The translations under genes were made by a program, and so were the position numbers. A DNA stretch of 64,000 nt from positions 65,720,001 to 65,784,000 of the forward strand of contig OX597833.1 in the NCBI GenBank assembly GCA_951406725.2. Reading direction: 5' to 3'. Positions 57,030 through 64,000 of this stretch are shown in pieces (the first letter of the stretch is position 1; each line of letters begins with the position of its first letter). The stretch is from Octopus vulgaris. Lineage: Eukaryota. The notes beneath the pieces are model-generated. The model saw nothing but the letters and a program-made list of their open reading frames with translations, had not been told where the DNA came from and did not search any database.

Positions 57030-57624
57030 TTATATATATATATATATATGTGTGTGGGGGGGTATATATAAAGAGAGAAAGAGAGAGAGAGAGAGGAAGT
57101 AAGAGGGAAATACTTGCAGATGTATTCTCATGGGTATTATGCAACATGTTGACCATTGCTCCAGGGTTGTGTATGTGTGTGTAGGTTGTGTGTGTGTGTG
57201 TGTGCGCTTGTGTGTATGCGCACGCGCGGTTGTCCAAGCAGATGTGGCTGTGTGTAAATCTGCATTATCGGAAGATTGAGTATTCGTGGCATTCTCAGAA
57301 TATCCGGATAGATTAACGAGCAACGAATCCTTAATATACCTGACATGAATCTAACAACAAAGGCATTGATTTCCCTTCGTTTGCGCTGCCAATAACTTTG
57401 TTCTTAATCAATAGAGTTCTCTATTGGATCCTTAACAATCCAAAGATATATCGTTCTTGTATTTGTTTATGGGTGTTTGTGTCGTCGTTTCTGTCGTCGG
57501 TGTACCTGGTATTGTTTAATCCTTGTTAGTCCATATGGACAAGCACGTCCCAGCTGTGACCATCTCGTCAGGGAGGTACGACGATATAACTAAATTACTT
57601 AACATCTCTTTTTCTTGTCCAATA

Positions 57625-57965
57625 TAGTCACGCTTTCGTTCTAAGTAAAAATTCCGCTGTGGTCGACTTTGTCTTTCATCTTTTCGGGGTCGATAAATTA
57701 AGTACTAGTTGTGCACTGGGGTCGATCTAATAGACTGGCTCTCTCCCGCAAAAATTCGGGCTTTGTGCCTAGAGTAGAAAAGAATATAGTCGCGCTTTCG
57801 TTCTGAGTTCAAATTCCGCCGTGGTCGAAATTGCCCTTCATCTTTTCAGGGTCGATAAATTAAGTACCACGTGTGTACTGGAGTCGATCTAATCGATTGG
57901 CTCCCTAACCCAAATTTCGGGCATTGTGCCTACTGTAGAAAAGAATATAGTCTCGCTTTCGTTCT
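57625..57965 (+). mobile_element. Headless SINE family B tandem array (two units plus the start of a third)
   Basis: Units of ~160 bp, each beginning ATATAGTC(A/G/T)CGCTTTCGTTCT and ending ...GTAGAAAAGA. Confidence 0.85.
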
Positions 57966-58290
57966 ATGTTCGAATTATTTTCGTCGGACTTTTTCAGGAA
58001 GTACTCTCTCCTCTTCCTCCCAATCTCCCACTCAATTCCCCTCCTTAGATTTTTCTAGGAACTCCCCCATCCTTGGACTTAGCCAGGAAGTGCCCCTCCT
58101 CGGACTTGTCCAGGAATTTAGCTGCAGTCAAATGATTGAAACAATTAGAAGAATATCTATTAAGTTAGTTTTGCCATACTCAGACACATTCAAACGTATA
58201 TACATATGCATGTGCATATATATATATATATATATACATACAAATATATATTTAAAATTATATATGCATATGACTGAAACAAGTAAGCTA

Positions 58291-58339
<49 letters not shown>

Positions 58340-58496
58340 TGTATGGATATATACACGTATATATGTGTATTTATATATACGTTTTAGACATAAAAATATA
58401 TGTATACATACATACACATATAGATAGTTATATATGTACTTTTACATTTATGCATATTTTATGTGTCTATTTCACGCGCCGGCGCATGTGTGTGTC

Positions 58497-58554
<58 letters not shown>

Positions 58555-58885
58555 CGTGTGTTTGCGTGCGCACGCTTCTATATTTCGATCAGGTGAATGA
58601 TGAGAACTTAATACCAATTTGTCAATAGATTCATTAATAATCGTTCGTTAAAATCCTGTGATATTCCGCTGTCGTATTTTCCTACAATTAGACGCTACGC
58701 AGCTGCACAGTTACCTACTAACTTCGCAAATCGATCACATTAAGTGACTGATAACTCTCTATTGGCATATAGCACACAGTAAACTCTTCACTAATTCGTA
58801 TTTGTCACGTATTATATATTGCATATACGACATATACTATCGTTTCAATATGCGTGACATACACATATACACACACACACATATG

Positions 58886-58942
<57 letters not shown>

Positions 58943-59070
58943 TCAAAATAAGCAACAAGAATGACTCCGGTAATTTGGTACGATCGTTTCGTACTACATC
59001 ATTTTATTACATGAAGTAGTACGAAACGATCGTACCAAATTACCGGAGTCATTCTTGTTGCTTATTTTGA
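58943..59070. repeat. Near-perfect 60-bp inverted repeat with an 8-nt loop
   Basis: 58943-59002 pairs with 59011-59070 with one mismatch (58998/59015). Confidence 0.95.
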
Positions 59071-59166
59071 TTATAATCACCCCAGGGATCTTATGGATAA
59101 CACCATACAAAATTCTGGTGCATCTAAATTAAGTACCATATTCATTTGAATCTAAATTTTTGCTGA

Positions 59167-59222
<56 letters not shown>

Positions 59223-59292
59223 GTTTGTATCTGTGCGTGTTTGTGTGTGTATCTTGAAAACATTTGTGTATATATACATACATATTTATTTC

Positions 59293-59379
59293 TATTTCAG
59301 TTTCAAGCATGATATTAATCTTCAGCCAACGAGAATACCCAATGGCTGAAGATCAGCATCACGCTTGAAACTCGGAATA
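59293..59379. repeat. Imperfect inverted repeat of a hammerhead-like sequence
   Basis: 59300-59328 vs 59343-59371, 25 of 29 positions complementary; the + arm reads CTGAAGATCAGCATCACGCTTGAAAC. Confidence 0.8.
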
Positions 59380-60397
59380 CCAACGAATTTCATTCAAATT
59401 GTTTTTGGTCCGTATATATAAATTACTGCATGGTCAATGGTGAAATCAACAAATATATACTCCATCCAATGAGAGATTACACAAGTATTCTCACAGACTT
59501 TGACCTGCTCTCCTTCGAATTAGTTGACACCAGCCATATTTAGCCTGATGTGAGCTGTAAATAGGATGCAAGTCTTGGTTTCCATTATTCTTTTCCTTTG
59601 TGTTTCATTTTCATTCTACTTTCACCTTTCGTTCATCCTTTCTCATATTTTCTCAAAGACCAACGTCCTTTGTAGCTTTGTTTTTAAAGACCAGCGTCCT
59701 TTTTATTCATTTCTTTTTCTCTTTCAAGAAGTTCAGCCATGTTGTATAAATTGAGCCGAAAACATTGCTTGAAAACACAAGGATTGATATAAAAGCTTGC
59801 CAGTTTATTGCCATCTGCATAAAACTAATGGTAGCTCATATTTAAATACTGTGTACATTAAATGATACATGCACACATATTTCATCTTTTTCAAATGGGC
59901 ATGAAGTTTGCTCTGTATTACAGTGAAGGTATAGGGCTTCAGTTATATTTACCTGGGATTATACCTAAAGGCCAATACCTTCGCAGAAGTAGGGACCATA
60001 CATACATACATAATACATACATACATACGAGTGTATATATGTATTAGTAACTATGTATGTATGTAGCACAAACATGAACTTAGAGTGTAAGAGTTATTCT
60101 AATGTATGTATATGTATTATGTATATGTGTGTGTGTGCCTATATGTGTGTAGGTGCGCATGTGTGTATGTGTGTATGTGTGTATGTGCGTGTGCGTGCAT
60201 ATTATGCATACGAATTATACGATAGATTCAATACTCAATGAAGAATAGAATAATTATCTATAGAAGGAAATTTATCGATATAAAGATAAAACAATTAACA
60301 TCTTCAGTGGGTAGGTGCTTAGTTTAGTTCATCAGAAGCCAAATGGTCGATTTATCTGATCTATATATGTACACATATACATACACACGCACATTAT

Positions 60398-60447
<50 letters not shown>

Positions 60448-60576
60448 GCACGCGCCCACACGTACATAAACACATATATATATTCATTTATATAGAAACA
60501 CATATATTTAAATACATATATTTCATATCTATACCTAGTTATACATACACATATTTATGTATATATACACACCCAC

Positions 60577-60623
<47 letters not shown>

Positions 60624-60745
60624 CATACACATATACACACATCTATATATGTACTCACGCAGACACACACACATACACATAAATATATTATATATATATA
60701 TATGTACATACGTCTGAATATGCGTGTGTACACACGCACACACAC

Positions 60746-60951
<206 letters not shown>

Positions 60952-61329
60952 TCACCAATTATGTTTGATGCGAGCAATCAATTAATCAATGACAAATTAA
61001 TTAGTGCTCGCCTATAAGTGACGCGTGCTCACCTTGAAACGAACCGTTTCTGACAAAAGCTTTCGCTTCGTCAGTTCTACTCGCGTGGAAAACGTGAGCT
61101 TGTACGTTTTACCTCTTTCGTTTTACTGTCGTTTGTAGCAACAGTATAAAACAGCCGTGAAGATTAAAGGTTTCTAACCTCTCATTTTTAGTTTAAATAT
61201 AGAGTAACTTTTCTTTTGATGACATCAAATAATTTCCAATTTAACACCACGGCGAATGTCAAGTGAAGGAAAGCGTTTATCCCACATACTATAGTTATGA
61301 CGTAGAAGTTTTGTTAATGTATATACTAG

Positions 61330-61477
61330 CATGGCAGGTAAGAACGTTCCTTCTCAAACCTCGTGGTTCCAGGATCAGTTTCACTCTGTGGCACCTTGGA
61401 CAGGTGTCTTCTACTATAGATTCGGGCTGAATAGACTCGTGATTAAATTTGGTAGACGTAAACTAAAAGCTCGTCGT
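61330..61477 (+). mobile_element. SINE family A, old 5' half
   Basis: GTGGTTCCAGGATCAGTTTCACT...GTGTCTTCTACTATAG...TTTGGTAGACGTAAACTAAAAG. Confidence 0.7.
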
Positions 61478-61505
61478 ACACATACACACACATATATATA
61501 TATAT

Positions 61506-61591
<86 letters not shown>

Positions 61592-61599
61592 TATATATA

Positions 61600-62218
61600 A
61601 ACTTAGACTTAGATAAACTTAGATATGTTTCGACCAATGATTGGTCCAGGCCATGTCTAACTTAATAGCACCACCTGATAGGATTATTCAAATCCTGTTT
61701 AAGTCAAGTTTTGTTTATGGTTCATTCAAGTAGTGAGTTTTTGTTGGGTGAGTTGTATCCAATTATGGGTGGTTTATCTGGTATTCCTTGAAGGAATCTA
61801 TCCAGACTCCGTTTAAAGTTGATGGGATCCTTTTCCTCTTTGATCTCTTTCAGAACAATGTTAAATAGGGCAGGGCCTGTTGAGGAAAAGAAATTATGTT
61901 GCAGTGTACATGTATGTTGTGATCTTGAATTGGGCAGGGGACGTATGGCCCGAGGTCCCAGTCTTGGATGAACCTTGAAGTTAATGTTCAGGTCGTTTGG
62001 GCAAAGTTGGTGGTATATTCTCCACATCGTACAAATGACGTACCGCTCACGGCGACGCTGGAGAGAGTAAAGTTTCAAGGCTTTAAGGCGATCTCAATAA
62101 TCGAGAGCAGCCATGCCTTCAATTCGTTTAGTGAGTGCCCTCTGGGGTGACTCAATCCTCGAGATGTTTTGTCTTGTATGGGGAGACCACAGTGGGCAGC
62201 AGTATTCGAGGAATATTC
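61600..62218 (-). mobile_element. 5'-truncated CR1/L2-group LINE (ORF2 C-terminus with one in-frame stop, 3' UTR and tail)
   Basis: LEYCCPLWSPH...IESPQRALTKRIEGM...DY*DRLKALKLYSLQRRRERY...GPALFN...FKRSLDRFLQGIPDKP; short CTAAGT-type repeat tail. Confidence 0.9.
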
Positions 62219-62232
62219 GAAGAAAAAAAACC

Positions 62233-62267
<35 letters not shown>

Positions 62268-62791
62268 GATTAACATTGAGAATGTAAGAGACTATGTTTG
62301 ATAGATATAAGGGAAAATAGTCACATCAGCAGATATTTATTCACTGCTGAAAAACAGCAGAAGAAAAAGAAGCAATCGGTCGAAGAAGAGAACAAAAGAA
62401 CAGAAGTATATGAATTCTTTTGATGATAATAGTCCCATGGTAAAACGTTTATCTTTCTTCAGGATCTGTGTGTAGCTTTGTTGCATGTTGGGACTATCTT
62501 TGTAAGAGATGGAGGAAACCTTTTGCCAAATCGCTAATTCTCTGTGGTCGACGGTCCAGATTAAATTGTCAAAGCCATTGCAGTTAAATAATAAGACTAT
62601 TTTGTTTGTTCCCTTCTCGCATTCTCTACCACTTCATTATATATATCTATATCTATATCTACCTACCTATCTATCCCCCCCATTCTCTATCTCTCTCTCT
62701 CTCTCTCTCGACATCTATATATATATATATATATATACGTACACGCATACATACATATATAGATATAGCTATATAATTGTATATACATACA

Positions 62792-62826
<35 letters not shown>

Positions 62827-62890
62827 TGATAGATAGACAGACATACAGGCATTCAGACAGGCAGACAGACAGGCAGGCAGACAGACAGAC

Positions 62891-62970
<80 letters not shown>

Positions 62971-62990
62971 TGATAGATAGATAGACTGAC

Positions 62991-63127
<137 letters not shown>

Positions 63128-63227
63128 GTCATTTGGATACAGTTCAATATTTTGAAAAAATGCTTTTGTAAAAAATTTCTCTATATCGTGTCTGAGAACT
63201 AGCTTCCTTGTAGGGCTTAGAGGTGAG

Positions 63228-63544
63228 GGCGCGTGGCTTAGTGGTTAGGGCATTCGGCTCATGATCGTAAGGTTGTGAGTTCGATTCCCGGCGACGCGTT
63301 GTGTCCTTGAGCAAGACACTTTATTTCACGTTGCTCCAGTCCACTCAGCTGGCAAAAATGAGTTGTACTTGTATTTCAAAGGGTCAGCCTTGTCACTCTC
63401 TGTGTCACGCTGATTATCCCCGAGAACTACGTTAAGGGTACACGTGTCTGTGGAATGCTCAGCCATTTGCACGTTAATTTCACGAGCAAGCTGTTCCGTT
63501 GATTCGGATCAGCTGGGACCCTCGTCGTCGTAACCGGCGGAGTC
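63228..63544 (+). mobile_element. tRNA-derived SINE family C, full length
   Basis: A box TGGCTTAGTGG, B box GAGTTCGATTCC, CORE-like TGTGTCCTTGAGCAAGACACT. Confidence 0.9.
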
Positions 63545-63547
63545 TTT

Positions 63548-63705
63548 AAGGGCTTAGAGAAATCCAATGCCTTAGACAGAAGTTGTCTCGATATAGACGG
63601 ATAGAAATCAGCTGTATCAGATTGGGTGAACCTTACTCTATTCTTGCCACCGATTTTAAACCATGTTGTGAAGTCGCAGGTATTGCGCCAGTGGTCGAAG
63701 CTGTT
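63548..63705 (-). pseudogene. Penelope-like reverse transcriptase fragment
   Basis: HWRNTCDFTTWFKIGGKNRVRFTQSDTADFYPSISRQLLSKALDFSK resembles the PLE RT pattern WKNT..VI.WF...F..FDI.DFYPSI...LL..AL.FAK. Confidence 0.75.
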
Positions 63706-64000
63706 AAAGGAAAGTACCGTGGAATACAGCATAAAGAGAAAATTCTTCAGAGAATTTTACCAGCCAGATTATGTACAAACGAGATAATACATATTAAAAT
63801 ACTCTCAGTACGCAGTGATCTACCTAAATTGCAGAAATGAGATTTGTAACCCTTGCCCACATGAAAGAAGCTATATTTTGTCGAAGCTGTTAAAGGAAAG
63901 TACCGTGGAATACAGCATAAAGAGAAAATTCTTCAGAGAATTTTACCAGCTGCAGAAAATGCAGATTATGTACAAACGAGATAATACACATTACAATACT
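63694..64000 (+). repeat. Direct repeat, period ~186 bp
   Basis: GTCGAAGCTGTTAAAGGAAAGTACCGTGG...TTTTACCAGC at 63694 and 63880; runs off the window end. Confidence 0.9.

Noticed and set aside
63228-63300. tRNA gene candidates (also ~5540-5614 and 2465-2535)
   Set aside because: A and B boxes are present but run into multi-copy SINE bodies without a proper acceptor stem or terminator.

Overview
Eukaryotic, very AT-rich, gene-poor DNA, most likely intergenic or deep intronic sequence from an octopus (coleoid cephalopod). This assignment is inferred from the extreme microsatellite load and recalled tRNA-derived SINE families, not from a search. I find no credible host protein-coding gene; almost all listed ORFs are translations of simple repeats ((TA)n, (CA)n, (TACA)n, (GATA)n, (CAT)n, (AAT)n). 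The interpretable content is mobile DNA: five tRNA-headed SINE families in many copies, 3' fragments of CR1/L2-group and RTE LINEs (one RTE type with three C2H2 fingers), Penelope-like (PLE) RT and GIY-YIG relics, a dead Tc1 transposase with D(36)E spacing, a TA-flanked TIR element, several foldback hairpins, and a ~2 kb direct duplication next to noisy sequence. Most interesting: an intact-looking minimal hammerhead ribozyme plus hairpins centred on hammerhead-like cores, a covarying 3' stem-loop shared by a SINE and LINEs, SINE concatemers with an identical junction at separate loci, and an apparent excess of YY1/PHO-type motifs in the unique islands. Boundaries were read by eye and may be off by several to tens of bases.
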